Shown: piece after piece, positions 8,647-20,400 of the stretch
Layout: the number at the start of each line of letters is the position of its first letter
Position numbering within the stretch: position 1 is the stretch's first letter
Assembly (NCBI GenBank): GCA_963744645.1
Contig: CAVUUN010000021.1
Location: forward strand, 2,122 to 66,121
Length of the DNA stretch: 64,000 bases
DNA from: an uncultured Acidobacteriota bacterium
GTDB taxonomy: Bacteria; Acidobacteriota; UBA6911; RPQK01
Direction: 5' to 3'
Notes under the pieces: model-generated
Told to the model about the DNA's origin: nothing
The model's input: the letters and a program-made list of their open reading frames with translations, nothing else
The model's database searches: none
Program-made: the position numbers and the translations under genes

Positions 8647-10166
8647 GGAGGAGGGAAACAGGGGGGAGGAGGGAAACAGGGGGGGACGGAGTTCTATTTT
8701 CCTCCCGAGATCGGCAGATCCTCAGCCAGGAGGCCAAAAACTGCGGCGGTTCCGGGGACCGCCTGGCCTACGCGTTATTCAAGTTCCAATTGGCGCTGGC
8801 CGCGGGAGTTATCACCGGCGGCAGGCACGATAGGGGACGGAGTTCTTTTTTGCGGATGTTTGGAGCAGAAAAGTTCGTATTTTTCGCGGCTCGAGCGTTA
8901 TTAGCTATGCGCAGGTTTGAATGCGCCTGCGCAAGGAGCGCGCGATGGCGAGAATGCCGCGAGGAATCGAACTGGACCGGGAGGGGCAGTACCACCTGCG
9001 CGGGCAGGCGGCTGGCCGCAAGGGCCACTACCCGCTTGCCCGGAAGGAAAACGCCCGCAAACTGGTGGAGATTATTGGCCACTTCACCGCCCTGTACTTC
9101 TGCGCGGTGGCAGGCCTGGAAGTGATGGGCTCCCACTACCACCTGGTCTGCCGGTTCCTGGCTTTCCGGGCGCTCAGCCAGGAAGAACTTCTGAAGCTCG
9201 CCCAAGCTTTCTATCCCGGCCCGTACCAGCCCTACCTGGAGTGGGGGCCGGCCGAGTGGGAACGGTTCAACCGGCGCCTGTTCAACGTCTCCGAGTTGAT
9301 GCGCAACATCCAGCAGGCGTTCACCCGGTGGTACAACGACAAGCACCAGAGCAAGGGCTCTTTCTGGGCGGGCCGATTCCGCTCCACGGAGTCCGACAAT
9401 CTGGTGGAGACGGTGTACTATGTCGAACTCAACGCCGTGAGGGCGGGGCTGGTCACCCGTCCCGAAGCCTGGCGTTACTCTTCGGCGTGGATTCGAAAAC
9501 ACGGCGAGGCGGCCGGTCTGATGCCCCTCACTCAACTCCTGGACACCGCCGACGCGGTCGAGGCCGACCGGCTTTATTGGGCGGGCCTGTACTGGAGGGG
9601 GACGCAGTCGAGCAAGGAGAACAACGCCTTAATTCCGATGGAGTTGGCGGAGCGGATGGCGCGCGGGACGTTCGAGCGGGGCTGTTACCTGACCCGCCGG
9701 GATCTCCTGACCCGTGGCCGCAGGGTCGGAACCCGGGAAGCGATTGAAGCCGCGCTGAAGACGCTCCGGGAGCGGGGCGTCTACCGGCGCAGATTGAATC
9801 CCCTCCCGGTAGGCGTAGGCGAACTTTACGCGCTTCGGGAGATTCGCCGCAGCCACTTCGGCGTTTGAACACCCTCGGTCGCCGACGGGATTTCCCAAAC
9901 TGCGACAACGCCAGGACGCCATGCAACCCGTCCTGCCGCTTCCTCCGCTCTTGGTCTCGTTTCGTCTCACGGCTATCCCGTTTCGCCGTTTTGGCCCGGC
10001 AAGCTGAAGCGTTCGCCTACGCGCACGCACAGGACTTAGCCATCGCCGGGTGGGGAAAATAGAACTCCGTCCCCTCTTCTCGCAGCCCCGTCGGATGGTG
10101 GTCCCCGGCTATGCTGGATGGGGGAAAATAGAACTCCGTCCCCTGTTTCCCCCCCTGTTTCCCCCC
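8647..10166. mobile_element. RAYT-like element with doubled inverted end repeats
   Basis: GGGGACGGAGTTCT(A/T)TTTT at 8682-8702 and 8833-8851, with inverted copies at 10054-10074 and 10123-10143, around a Y1 transposase. Confidence 0.8.
8945..9868 (+). CDS. HUH (Y1) transposase, REP-associated (RAYT) type
   Basis: MARMPR..YHL..., MGSHYHL (HUH), FTRWYN...GSFWAGRFRS, YVELNAVRAGLV..PEAWRYSS; AAGGAG RBS before the ATG at 8945. Confidence 0.88.
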   Translation: MARMPRGIELDREGQYHLRGQAAGRKGHYPLARKENARKLVEIIGHFTALYFCAVAGLEVMGSHYHLVCRFLAFRALSQEELLKLAQAFYPGPYQPYLEWGPAEWERFNRRLFNVSELMRNIQQAFTRWYNDKHQSKGSFWAGRFRSTESDNLVETVYYVELNAVRAGLVTRPEAWRYSSAWIRKHGEAAGLMPLTQLLDTADAVEADRLYWAGLYWRGTQSSKENNALIPMELAERMARGTFERGCYLTRRDLLTRGRRVGTREAIEAALKTLRERGVYRRRLNPLPVGVGELYALREIRRSHFGV

Positions 10167-10434
10167 ACTGTTCTGCTCCGTTTTCCAGCCGCGCATGTAG
10201 CTAATGTCAACACAGTAAGCGGGTGCGTAACGCCGTCAGCGCGATATTGCCGTGCGGCCCGAATACCGCTGACAAGCACTCTGTGCGCGGCTCTTAACCG
10301 CAGCGTTATATGCGCGGTGGCGACGATTTTCGATCGCCAACTGAAAAGAAAGGGATCAGCGAGTATTTGCAATCAACGCTAGACAGTGCGGGGTTGGAGT
10401 GGTAGCTTTCGCCGCTAGGTGGAGGAGTAACGAA

Positions 10435-13400
10435 ATGAAATCACTAAGACTTCCGTTCCTGATTCTCTGTTTGCTTTTGGCACCCGCGGTTGTCGCACAG
10501 TCGATAACGGGCTCAATTACAGGCCTGGTGATCGATGAAACAGGCGCGATGATTCCGGGCGCCCAGATTACCGTCATCAACAAAGCCACAAACGCCACAT
10601 CGAGTGCAACATCCGACTCCAGCGGCAACTACACGGTTCCGTTGCTGCCTCAAGGCGATTACCGGATGGAGGTCTCGGCTTCCCGGTTTCAAGCGGTTCC
10701 TGCTCGAAGGCATCATTCTTCAGGTACAGCAGACCGCGCGCATTGACGTGCACATGACCGTCGGCGAAGTGGCCGACTCGGTTACGGTCACCGCTGACCT
10801 TGTCGGGCTGGAGACCGAGACTGCGACGATGTCGAAGGTCGTGGACAACCGATCAATCGTCAACCTGCCCCTCAACACCCGAAACGTCTACAACCTGGTG
10901 TTTCTGACGCCGGGAGTAACGGGTAGCGTCGGAAATAGTTACGGTGAGATGCGTTATTCGGTCAATGGCGCGCGCGCCCGGACGATGGACACGATGATCG
11001 ACGGAGTCTCCGCAGCCCATCCGACAGTAAACGGTTTCAACGGGATTTCGGTCTTCCCTTCAGTGGATGCGATTCAGGAATTCAAACTCCTGGGCGCTGA
11101 TTATCCCGCCGAGTTCGGTCGTAGCCTGGGCAGTGTTCTCAACGTCGTCTTCAAGTCGGGTTCCAATCAGTGGCACGGAAGCGCGTACGAATTCCTGCGG
11201 AATTCCGCCCTGGACGCCAACGATTTCTTCGCCAATCGGCGCCATGACGAGCTTCTCAGCTTCAAGCGCTCACAGTTCGGCGGTGTCTTGAGCGGGCCGA
11301 TCATCAAGGACAAGACCTTTTTCATGGTTTCGTTTGAAGCGTTGCGGGAGCGGAGAGCCGACTCGACGACTGCATCGGTGCCGACGGCTCTAGAGCGAAC
11401 GGGGGACTTTTCGGAGACTCTAACCACCGCCGGCAAGCCGGTTATCATTTACGATCCGTTCACCACCAGGGCCAATCCAAGTGGATCGGGCTACATCCGC
11501 GACGCGTTCCTGAACAACAAGATACCGGCGTCCCGGCTGGATCCTGTGGCGGTCAACGTTGCCAAATATTACCCGCTTCCGAATACGACCCCGACCGGAC
11601 TCAGCAACAACCAGGGCAACTATGCGAAGAGCGGTACCAAGCCCTTGGACATGACCCAGATGGACTTCCGTGTGGACCATGTGATCTCCTCCCGGCAGAA
11701 AATCTTCGGCCGCTATTCAACGCGACTGAACGACGACAAGGCCGCTATCTTCTTTCCGGACGACTTGCAGATAGCAGAAGGACGAATCAACCAGGAAGAC
11801 CACGTGCACGGGGGTGTCGTGGACTATTCGAATACTCTGTCCCCAACCACCGTCCTGAATGGCCGGCTCGGATTTGCGCGGACGCTGTTTGTTTATGCGA
11901 ACCAGGGGTTGGGGTTCGTGCCGTCGAGTCTGGGGCTGCCAACCTACATCGATAATGCTGTTGACTTCATGCAATTCCCCGGTTTTTCGGTCAGCGATTA
12001 CCGTAGTCTGGGAGGCGGAGACCATCGCAGGAACGCCTTTATGACCTATACCGGCGTCGTCGGTCTGATCAAAACGGCCGGCAAGCATACGTTCAAGACC
12101 GGCGTGGATATGCGGATGATGCGGGTCAACGTGTTCGAGGGCCGCAATGCCAGTCAATACAGTTTCAGCAGGGGTATGACCCAGGGACCGAACCCCAGCC
12201 AGTCCAGCAGTACGGCGGGGAATGGTTTTGCGTCCCTGCTGCTCGGGACGGGCAGCAGCGGAAGCTTGCAGGCCAACTACAAAAACGTGGCGACCCACAG
12301 TATCTACATGGCCGGGTACTTCCAGGACGACTGGCGCGTAACCAACACGCTGAGCGTCAGCCTCGGCCTCCGGTACGATATCGATTTCCCACGCACCGAA
12401 CGATTCAACCGGACCAATTACTTCGATCCGGACGTCGCTACCCCCGTCTCCGAAGTGATCCCTGGGCTGACCGGAGGTCTGGTCTTCGTGGGAGTGGATG
12501 GGCAGCCCCGTACTCAGTTCACCGCCGACAAGGACAACTGGGCGCCGCGCCTGGGTATGAGCTGGCAGTTCATGCCGAAGACTGTCCTGCGGGCCGGTTA
12601 TGCGATCGTGTACGGGCCCTCGCAGCAGGCGGCCGCCGGGACGATCGGAACGATGGGTTTCCGGGTCGACAATACCTGGGTCACCAGCATCGACGGAATC
12701 ACTCCGAACGATCTCCTGAGCGACCCTTACCCGCGGGGGGTGGCCCAGGTCCTGGGCTCTTCTCTCGGTGTGCTGACCCAGCTCGGGAGCAGCATCGAGG
12801 CGACTACGCAAGATATTGTTTCGCCAAAGATCCAGCAGGTGAACGTGAACATCCAGCGCGAATTGCCGTTCGATATGCTGCTCGAAGTCGCTTACGTGGG
12901 GACGAAAGGCTATCACCTTCACCGCAACGACGAGGGCGGTTTGAGCCTTAACCAACTCCACCCGCAGTATCTCGCCCTGGGGTCCAAACTGAACGATAAG
13001 GTGGACAATCCCTTCTACGGCACTCCTTACGCCGTCGGGGTTCTGGCCAGTGCCAAGACAAGCCGGGCGCAGTTGTTGCGGCCGTACCCTCAGTTCACGA
13101 ATATCATCCCGATTTACTCGGTGGGTGCCTCTTCGTTCTATGACTCGCTGCAGGTTACGGCCACCAAGCGTTACACCCAAGGCCTGCAAATGCAGTTGGC
13201 TTATACCTGGGGCAAAAGCATTGACGACGGCCTCAGTCACCAGGACAGCTACAATATCCGTGCCGACCGGGCATTGTCGGATATCGATATCGCGCACCGC
13301 GCCGTGATCATGGGTATCTACGACATGCCCTTTGGTACTGGCCGGCACTGGGGAGGAGACTGGCCGACGCTCGTGAACCTTCTGGCAGGCGGCTGGCAGG

Positions 13401-13840
13401 TAAACGGTATTGTCACGCTCTCAACAGGGACGCCGCTTGGTATCTCGGCTTCGAACAATGCCGGGATCTTCAACATGGCCATCCGGGCGAACACCACGGG
13501 AAAGAGTGGCAAGTTCGCGGGTCCTGTCCAGGACCGCCTGGACGCCTATTTCGACAAGACGGCGTTCGCGCAGCCGGCCGCCTTCACCTTCGGTAACCTG
13601 GGTCCACGGCTGCCGGATATTCGCAATGACGGCATCTACAACTGGGACTTGTCGGTGTTCAAGAATTTCAAGGTGACGGAGAAGTTGTCCGTACAGTTCA
13701 GGGCTGAGGCGCTTAATGCTTTCAACACGCCTCGGTTCTCAGGCCCGAACACCAGCGTCACCTCGAGTAGCTTCGGCGTGGTCAGCTCGCAGGCGAACGC
13801 TCCACGACAAATTCAGTTTGGATTGAAGGTGCTGTTCTAG
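10435..13840 (+). CDS. TonB-dependent receptor with N-terminal carboxypeptidase-regulatory-like domain (Oar type); frameshift near 10683
   Basis: Signal peptide, QSITGSITGLVIDETGAMIPGAQIT, NLPLNTRN, EFGRSLG, C-terminal PRQIQFGLKVLF. Confidence 0.93.
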
Positions 13841-14031
13841 CCCGCCGATACGAAACCAACTATTCAGCAGGGTGGCCGCCGGACATTCGCGTCATTAAGC
13901 ACGGCCTGGATGTCCGGCGCTGTCACTGCGGCGCTTTTCCAACGCTGCCGGGAGTTTTCCGAGAATCACAATCTGCCACAGCCACCAGCTCAGCTCGAAG
14001 CAGGAACCCAATCCGTCTTAAAGCGCTGCGA

Positions 14032-14075
14032 GGGGGAAATAGAACTCCGTCCCCTGTTCCCCCCTGTTTCCCCCC
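14032..14075. repeat. Solo copy of the RAYT end repeat
   Basis: GGGGGAAATAGAACTCCGTCCCCTGTTCCCCCCTGTTTCCCCC matches 10121-10166. Confidence 0.85.
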
Positions 14076-14281
14076 GCCGTGCTGAAACCGGTCACCCTGG
14101 GCATTCTCTCCGATCTTCAGGCGTTGATGGGGCGTTGGCGCCGACCCCTCCGTTACCGGCGCCGACCTTTCGGAATGACGAAGATCCTTTTGACAGTAGG
14201 TTTGTCGGTAATCGGCTGCGGTGGAGAGGAGGCCGCGTTCCAGCGACTCGTCAACTCCTGATCGCGATCTCGCAGTTCGTT

Positions 14282-15595
14282 CTACAGCCTGCTCCTGCAC
14301 TTGGCAATTATGAGCGTGATGTCGTCCCGCTGCGGGCGACGGCTGAATTGCCGAACATCATCGACGATACACCCGAGCATCGGCTGCGAGGGCAACTCGC
14401 GGTGTCGGCGTAACGCCTCGGTCAATCGCCACTCTCCGTATTCCTCCTCCTCGTCATTGAACGATTCCGTGATGCCGTCGCTGTAGAGCGCCAGCAGGTC
14501 TCCAGGAAGAAGGGGCCGTTCTCCCACCGAGCAGCCCCATTGGTTGAAGAGTCCCAGCACGGTCGCGGTGGAGTCGAGTCGTTCGACGCGGTTATCAGTT
14601 CGGAGGAGAAGAGCAGGCAGATGGCCGCAATTCACATAACGCAAGCAGCCTGTACCGTCGTCATACTCTCCAAAAAAGAGGGTGGCGTATGCGGCGTCAG
14701 TGGTGTTTTCGCAAAAAAGCTGATTCACCAGACACAACAGACGTTGCGGGTCATCCAAGGCGATTGCACACTGGCTGCGCAGATTGGCTTGGAGATGCGC
14801 CATCAAAAGTGCGGCCGCGATTCCTTTGCCCGCGATATCGCCAATGACCAACCCAAGCCGGTTTTGACCCAAATTGAGGAAATCGTAGTAATCCCCGCCG
14901 ATCTCATGGGCCTGGATGCAGATACCCGCGTAGTCGAGTGTGGAAACGGACGGCTGGGTTTGCGGGAAGAGCTTTGCCTGGACCTGTTTCGCAATTTCCA
15001 ATTCCTGAGCCGTGCGCCGTTCCGACTCCTGCTTCTCAGCCAGGGCGCGGCGTTGCGCGTCCAGCGCCTGGCTCACCTCATCGAAACTAACCAGTGAGTA
15101 TGTGTTTCCGTCGATATCCTTGAAGCGGGTGAAGACTCCACCCCAAACCGGGTTCTGTTCCCCGAGCAACATCGGCGCCCCTGGGGAGCGGCTTTCCTGC
15201 TTCCCGGGCTCGTATTTGATGCGCTTCAGACGCGGCAGGCAAGTGAACTTAACGCCTCGGCTGGACCACTCTCGGAACTTGCTGAGGACATCGTCGGTTA
15301 CAAAAGAAATCTGGGTGTCCCGGCCGACAAGCGCGAATTGTTTGGAAGCGGGTTTGGCTTCCACGAGCGCGAGGATAGCGTTCCCTTCTGGAGGAACAAC
15401 GGCAACCCAGCGCTCACCGGATTGCAGGCGTGCATCGTAGACCAGCCGGAATCCAAGCTGATCAAGGTAGAATCGGAGGCTTCGGTCCTGGTCACGAACG
15501 TAAATCTTGATGGCATGAAACCGCAGATAGGCGTTCGTTTCATCCGGACGGGGAACTGACGAGCCCAGCCAGGAGGGTGGTAGGGAAGTGGCCAT
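14282..15595 (-). CDS. VOC/glyoxalase-domain plus SpoIIE (PP2C) phosphatase fusion
   Basis: IYVRDQDRSLRFY...LGF...ERWVAV...FKDIDGNTYSL, then ELEIAKQVQ..LFP, IGGDYYDF, GDIAGKG, YSDGITE, DDITL. Confidence 0.88.
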   Translation of the reverse strand: MATSLPPSWLGSSVPRPDETNAYLRFHAIKIYVRDQDRSLRFYLDQLGFRLVYDARLQSGERWVAVVPPEGNAILALVEAKPASKQFALVGRDTQISFVTDDVLSKFREWSSRGVKFTCLPRLKRIKYEPGKQESRSPGAPMLLGEQNPVWGGVFTRFKDIDGNTYSLVSFDEVSQALDAQRRALAEKQESERRTAQELEIAKQVQAKLFPQTQPSVSTLDYAGICIQAHEIGGDYYDFLNLGQNRLGLVIGDIAGKGIAAALLMAHLQANLRSQCAIALDDPQRLLCLVNQLFCENTTDAAYATLFFGEYDDGTGCLRYVNCGHLPALLLRTDNRVERLDSTATVLGLFNQWGCSVGERPLLPGDLLALYSDGITESFNDEEEEYGEWRLTEALRRHRELPSQPMLGCIVDDVRQFSRRPQRDDITLIIAKCRSRL

Positions 15596-15780
15596 GGCAA
15601 TTCATTATAGCCCGTTTCAGCCGTACTCCCTGTGGTCGCACCGTCCCTGCTCTTCCGGCGGTCTCACAGCCGCGTAATTAGCAAACTTCAGGACCGTAAC
15701 TGGCTGAACACAAGAGGGGCAAACGCAAATCGTGTTAAGATCGCGGCTCTCTTCGTACTGGGATCTGAAGGAAGAAGGGC

Positions 15781-16566
15781 GTGATCCAGATTCACTCGCT
15801 GCGGCCTGAGCTCTGGCCGCTCCTATTCGGCACCGGCCTGTTGACTATTCTGGCGGTCCTCCATTGGCGTTCGGCGACTCCTCGCACCTCCGCCTGGGCC
15901 TACCTGGTCGCCGTCTGGTCAGGGTTGGTCGGCGCCCGCGTCTGGCACGCTTTGCAGTACGGCAACTTCAGCCCCCTGGGAGGTCTAAGCGCCTGGGGGT
16001 TTGCAATCGGGGGTTTCCTTGGCGCGCTTTTGTTCCTGAAGCTCAGAGTCGGCGGCTGGGGGGGTGATTTTTGGGACACCGCCGCTCCCGGGATCGCCCT
16101 GGCCGGCGCGGTGACCCGGGTTGGCTGCTTCTGGGCCGGGTGCAATTTCGGGTCGGAGAGCTCGCTTCCGTGGTCAGTCCAATACGGTCCTCGTACGCCC
16201 GCTTTTACTCACCAGGTTTCCACGGGAGCTCTCGACGGAGGCGCCTTCTGGTGCAGGCCCATCCACCCGGCTCAGCTCTACGAAAGCCTGGCCCTGCTGG
16301 CTGCTGTCCCCGTTTTGCTGTGGCTCCCCGGCCGGGCCGCCGCGCGCCTGATCCCCCACGAGCGGTTCCTTGGCTTCACAGCCTACTATGCGGTGATACG
16401 TTTCTTCCTGGAGTACCTGCGCGATGACGCAGGCGGATTGTTCTTCGGTCCGCTCACTTTCGCCCAGGGGACCTCCCTGGTCATTATTGTTCTGGCCCTT
16501 TCGGTGCTGGTCCGTAACCGTTTGCGTCACTCCAGTCACAAGGAAATGCGGACCTCGGATCAGTAG
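15781..16566 (+). CDS. Prolipoprotein diacylglyceryl transferase (Lgt) family protein
   Basis: GARVWH, D..APGIAL...RVGCF.AGC.FG, HPAQLYE, RFFLEYLR motifs. Confidence 0.8.
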   Translation: MIQIHSLRPELWPLLFGTGLLTILAVLHWRSATPRTSAWAYLVAVWSGLVGARVWHALQYGNFSPLGGLSAWGFAIGGFLGALLFLKLRVGGWGGDFWDTAAPGIALAGAVTRVGCFWAGCNFGSESSLPWSVQYGPRTPAFTHQVSTGALDGGAFWCRPIHPAQLYESLALLAAVPVLLWLPGRAAARLIPHERFLGFTAYYAVIRFFLEYLRDDAGGLFFGPLTFAQGTSLVIIVLALSVLVRNRLRHSSHKEMRTSDQ

Positions 16567-17411
16567 CTGAACACTTTCCTTTCTTGGCGGACGACCGTTC
16601 CGAGGTAGTTCTCATAGCTGATCTCAAAGACCACGTAGGTGGCGACCTCTTGGTCGGAGGGGATCGCGGGAAAGGTCACCTCCTGCCCTCCTGCACCTTG
16701 CCAGTTGAAATCGTTGGCGTCATAGTTCGTCACGGTTCCCGTCGTTTTGTGGATATCTCGCCCATATGCCCTCACTCGATACCGCCACCCTTCAACAGGG
16801 TTTTCGGTGCTGACCTTGAATGTTGCCCACCAGACACCTGGGCTAACCTGGAAGTGCTGGGTCTGAGTGACGACCACTCTTGGGTTTTCAGTCCGAAGCG
16901 GCAGAAACGCCTTCCGGGCAATGACAACCTTCTGACCACCGGACAGCGAATTCCAAACCGGCTCCACGAAACTCGCCTTCACGCCCAGCATGTAAGACGA
17001 AGCGGTCGAAGCGGCCCAGAGATCGGAGGCTCCAAAGCGACTTGCATCCGACGAACACTTCAGAGTGATGTTGGTATAAACGGAGTTTTGCTTTGGGCTC
17101 CAGGTGGCGGATTCAAGGATCGGCGGGAGCCCTGAGTCTACCGTCCAGGTTTGGGCCTCCAGTTCCCTGGTCGTGTCGTCCGAACTCCACATCAGGGTGG
17201 CTTGCACTACCCCCTGTTGACCGGGAGCACCGACGGCAAAGTAGGGCGGCGAGAACTGGATGGCGTAGGTCGTCAGCAATTTGATCATGTCGCACCCGGT
17301 GTTGGTGAAGAACAGGAGGGTGCAGGCCGCGATTATGGTGAGGCTGGTCAGGACGTGTGGGATCAACGACCGCCTGGCAAGCTTTGTCACGATTTTTTTG
17401 ATGCTGTTCAT
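16560..17411 (-). CDS. Hypothetical exported protein, possible lipoprotein
   Basis: Basic N-terminus, hydrophobic stretch and candidate lipobox cysteines (IAAC at residue 30, NTGC at 40); beta-rich remainder. Confidence 0.6.
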   Translation of the reverse strand: MNSIKKIVTKLARRSLIPHVLTSLTIIAACTLLFFTNTGCDMIKLLTTYAIQFSPPYFAVGAPGQQGVVQATLMWSSDDTTRELEAQTWTVDSGLPPILESATWSPKQNSVYTNITLKCSSDASRFGASDLWAASTASSYMLGVKASFVEPVWNSLSGGQKVVIARKAFLPLRTENPRVVVTQTQHFQVSPGVWWATFKVSTENPVEGWRYRVRAYGRDIHKTTGTVTNYDANDFNWQGAGGQEVTFPAIPSDQEVATYVVFEISYENYLGTVVRQERKVFSY

Positions 17412-17428
17412 CGTTCAATTGCTCCAAC

Positions 17429-20400
17429 TTAAGGAAGGCGCTTCAGGCCCAGGTTGACTCGAATCCCGGTGTCGCTCCCCTGGAGGTCGGCCGGGCTGGA
17501 GAAGATGTCGGCCATCCAGTAGTAGGCAGGCTGCTGTTTGGCCGCCACGAAGGAGACACCGGGGAGGGCAATCTGCATCTCGCAGGCAAACGCCGAAACA
17601 GATGGCGTCTCGACCAGGGTTTGAGGTGTCAGGGAAATCCGCGTCGCCGGCTTATCCTGGCTGCCTTCCTTGGTCAACCTGAGAAGCCAGACGGGAGTGG
17701 CAGTAGCGTGTCTCGCCACCCGCAGCTCTACCTCGGTCGAAGAAGCCGCTGTCACAAACACCAGGTAATCCGTCTGCTCGGACGCCGACATGCCGCCTTT
17801 AACGACTGCCGTCCCGACTTGGGTGTCCGCCGCCAGCCCGGTGGTTTGCCAGAGCAAACTGTAGAATCTCAGGTCGGCGGTCTGGAAATTGAGCTGGCGA
17901 CCCGCCTGTTTCACAGTGAATCCGAGGCTCAAAGTACCTGCCTGCCCAGCGGTTTTCGTCACGGAGACCTCGGGGCGGAAATGGGTCCGCGACACAAGGT
18001 TGTTGCCGGAGTTCGCCCCCTGGACGATCCGCAGGTTCCCCTCTTTCGCGTCAGTCGGAACGGCCACCTGCAGCGAGTCGGAGGTGGCGGAAAGGAGCAT
18101 CGCCGCTGATTCTCCTCCCGAGGTGTTCGAGAAGAAGACCTTCGGGTTGACTCCCCAGTTCCCGCCGGAAAGGACGAGGGGGCCTCCGGGGCAGAAGAAG
18201 GCTGGCCGCTGACTCACGGCCCTCGGCTGCGAAGCACCGGGTGCCGAGAATGTCACTTTCTGACTCGAAGTCCGCGCCACCCGAACATCGTCTTCTTCCT
18301 TTTTCGCCGATGACGAGGAGTAGGTGGTTACGATCTCAATTTGGCCGGCCGCAGCAGGAGTTCTTAGAATCCCTGCCTTGAGCATGAGATCCAGTTCGAT
18401 GCCGTACCCGTTGTTCCACTCGCCACAGGAGGTCGGCTGAGAGGAGTTGAGCTCGAGCACGAGGCCGCCGGCGGCTGTCTGGTCGAGCTTGCCGGAACCC
18501 AGTACGGTCCCCGGCGTCATGGAGGGACCGGATCCGATGAGATCGAACAAGACACTTCCGGAACCTGTGGCCACCATCTTCACCAGGCCGCCGATAATGT
18601 TGACGTTCCCGTTGAATTTCATGAAGTAGATGCCGTAGCCGATCTCGTCACCTGGCTTGATCTGCGCCATTTCAAAGGGGAGACCAGGCGCCTCCAGGCG
18701 GAGGCTGTGCACCGTGAAATCCATGGGGTTCTGATCGATTCGGAGCCGGACTAAAGGCGTCGTGCCCGTCAGTAATTCGGGGAACTCGACGACACAAGCC
18801 GGGGTGAAGCCATGAGACGGGTAGACCCACGGCACTGATGTGGTGATCACTCCGGTCTGTCTCAGGGTCAGGGTGGCTACCGCGTCGCCCGAGATCATCA
18901 GCCGCCCCTGCATTTCGGTGACACCCGGCACCGTGGAGAAGAGCTCGTCGACGAACATGGAGCGGTACTGGCGCGGGAGAAGGTCAAGCTGCTGTTGACC
19001 TTTCGACTCCCCCTTCTCGTCCAGGAGAGACAGGGTCACGGCCGCCGTATCCTCGTCACTGGGGTTGACCAGGGCGATCGCCGTCCTGCCGGAGCCGATC
19101 GTGTCCACCGCCGCGTCGACGCTGGCGTTTGACGGGCTGCTCAATACTCCCATCTCTGTGACCAGCCTTGCTGCGGAGTCGTAAATGTGAAAGATTGCGG
19201 TCCCCGAGATGGGCCGGTCCATGGAGGCCCACGCCCATCCCGTGGCCAGCGCCCCGGACCCGGATGTGACCACGCGCTGCGCCGCTCCGGGAGCGAGCGA
19301 GTAACTGACGGAAGACCTGTTCTGACCGCCGATCGAGAGTGTCATCGGCGTGCCGTCAGGCTTGACGAAGTAGAGAGTGCCGGAGGTCGGCTGCGGGGCG
19401 TTGTTGATAATGATGAAAGTTGTCTTGATGGAAAGGCCGCCGGCCGTTCCGTTGGCGACCTGGGGGAAGATCAGCTTCGTCCGGGAATCGCCGAAACGCA
19501 GTCCGGGCACTGTCGGGATCGAAGTGAGCAGGGCGCCCACCGTGCGCAAGGCAACGCCACCGAACTTGTGCGCCCCCCGGATGACCAGCGTCCCCTCAAA
19601 GCTGGCGATTCCGGCCGCCTGGGGAAACAGCTCGTTCAAGTACTGCGCCACGTGCCCCCGGGCAGCGAGTGGCAGGGTCTTTGAGGAAACCACCGTCCCG
19701 GCGAGGTTCAGTAAGTCCACCTGGAGGGTGACCGCAACGGCAGGGTCGGGATTGATCAACGCGATCCCCGTATTGGCCCCGTTCTTCGTGTCGGCAAAAA
19801 TCCGCAGCTCGGTGCTCAGCGTTGCCTCCCCGACGCCTACATCGGCGAGAACCTGGCCGCTTGCGTTGCGCAGCGAGAAGCTGCAGACCCCGGTGATCGG
19901 CTGATCGGTCGTCACATAGGCCCAGCCGCTTCGCACCGAACCCCGCCCCGAGGTCGTCAGTCGCTTGACCTCCCCGCTTTTGAGGGAGACTGGAAAACTC
20001 GCCGCCGTCACCCCTCCTATTGTCATGTTCATCGGCAGGCCGGAATCGTTGAAGAATTGAAGCGTTCCGGCGGCCGCGTTGGGGGAGTCGTTCACGAGAA
20101 GGAACATCGCCTGCAGATATTGATTGGTGCCGGGGATATCCCCATCGCCGACCTGGGCGAAGATCAGCCGTCCCCCGGTGTTCGTCGCCGTGTAGCCGGC
20201 GGGCAGGGCAATCCCCCTCGTCGGGGGGTCGATGATCGTTGGCCCGGTTGTGGGGCTGTGCGATTCCAGAAGAACCCGGAGCGAATTCCAGGGGCTTTCT
20301 CCAGACTCTTGGAGGAGGCGCAAGGCTTGGCGCTCGGTCAAGCCGGCGTGCCTGCCCGCCTCAACCGAAAGGGCGACTCCGGTCAGGAACAACAGGAACA

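Noticed and set aside
8381-8833. 150-aa ORF between padR and the transposase
   Set aside because: It reads through the G-rich RAYT end repeat and has no recognisable motif or RBS. At most a gene remnant; not supportable as a feature.
10170-10400. Riboswitch or ncRNA upstream of the TonB receptor
   Set aside because: Only a weak GTCAGCG/CGCTGAC inverted repeat is visible. I could not match cobalamin, TPP or other aptamer consensus; an Rfam/Infernal scan would settle it.
11717-13348. 543-aa minus-strand ORF (likewise 34336-35748, 38890-39831, 47827-49059, 51809-52900)
   Set aside because: Antisense shadows of well-supported genes in GC-rich DNA, with no recognisable motifs.
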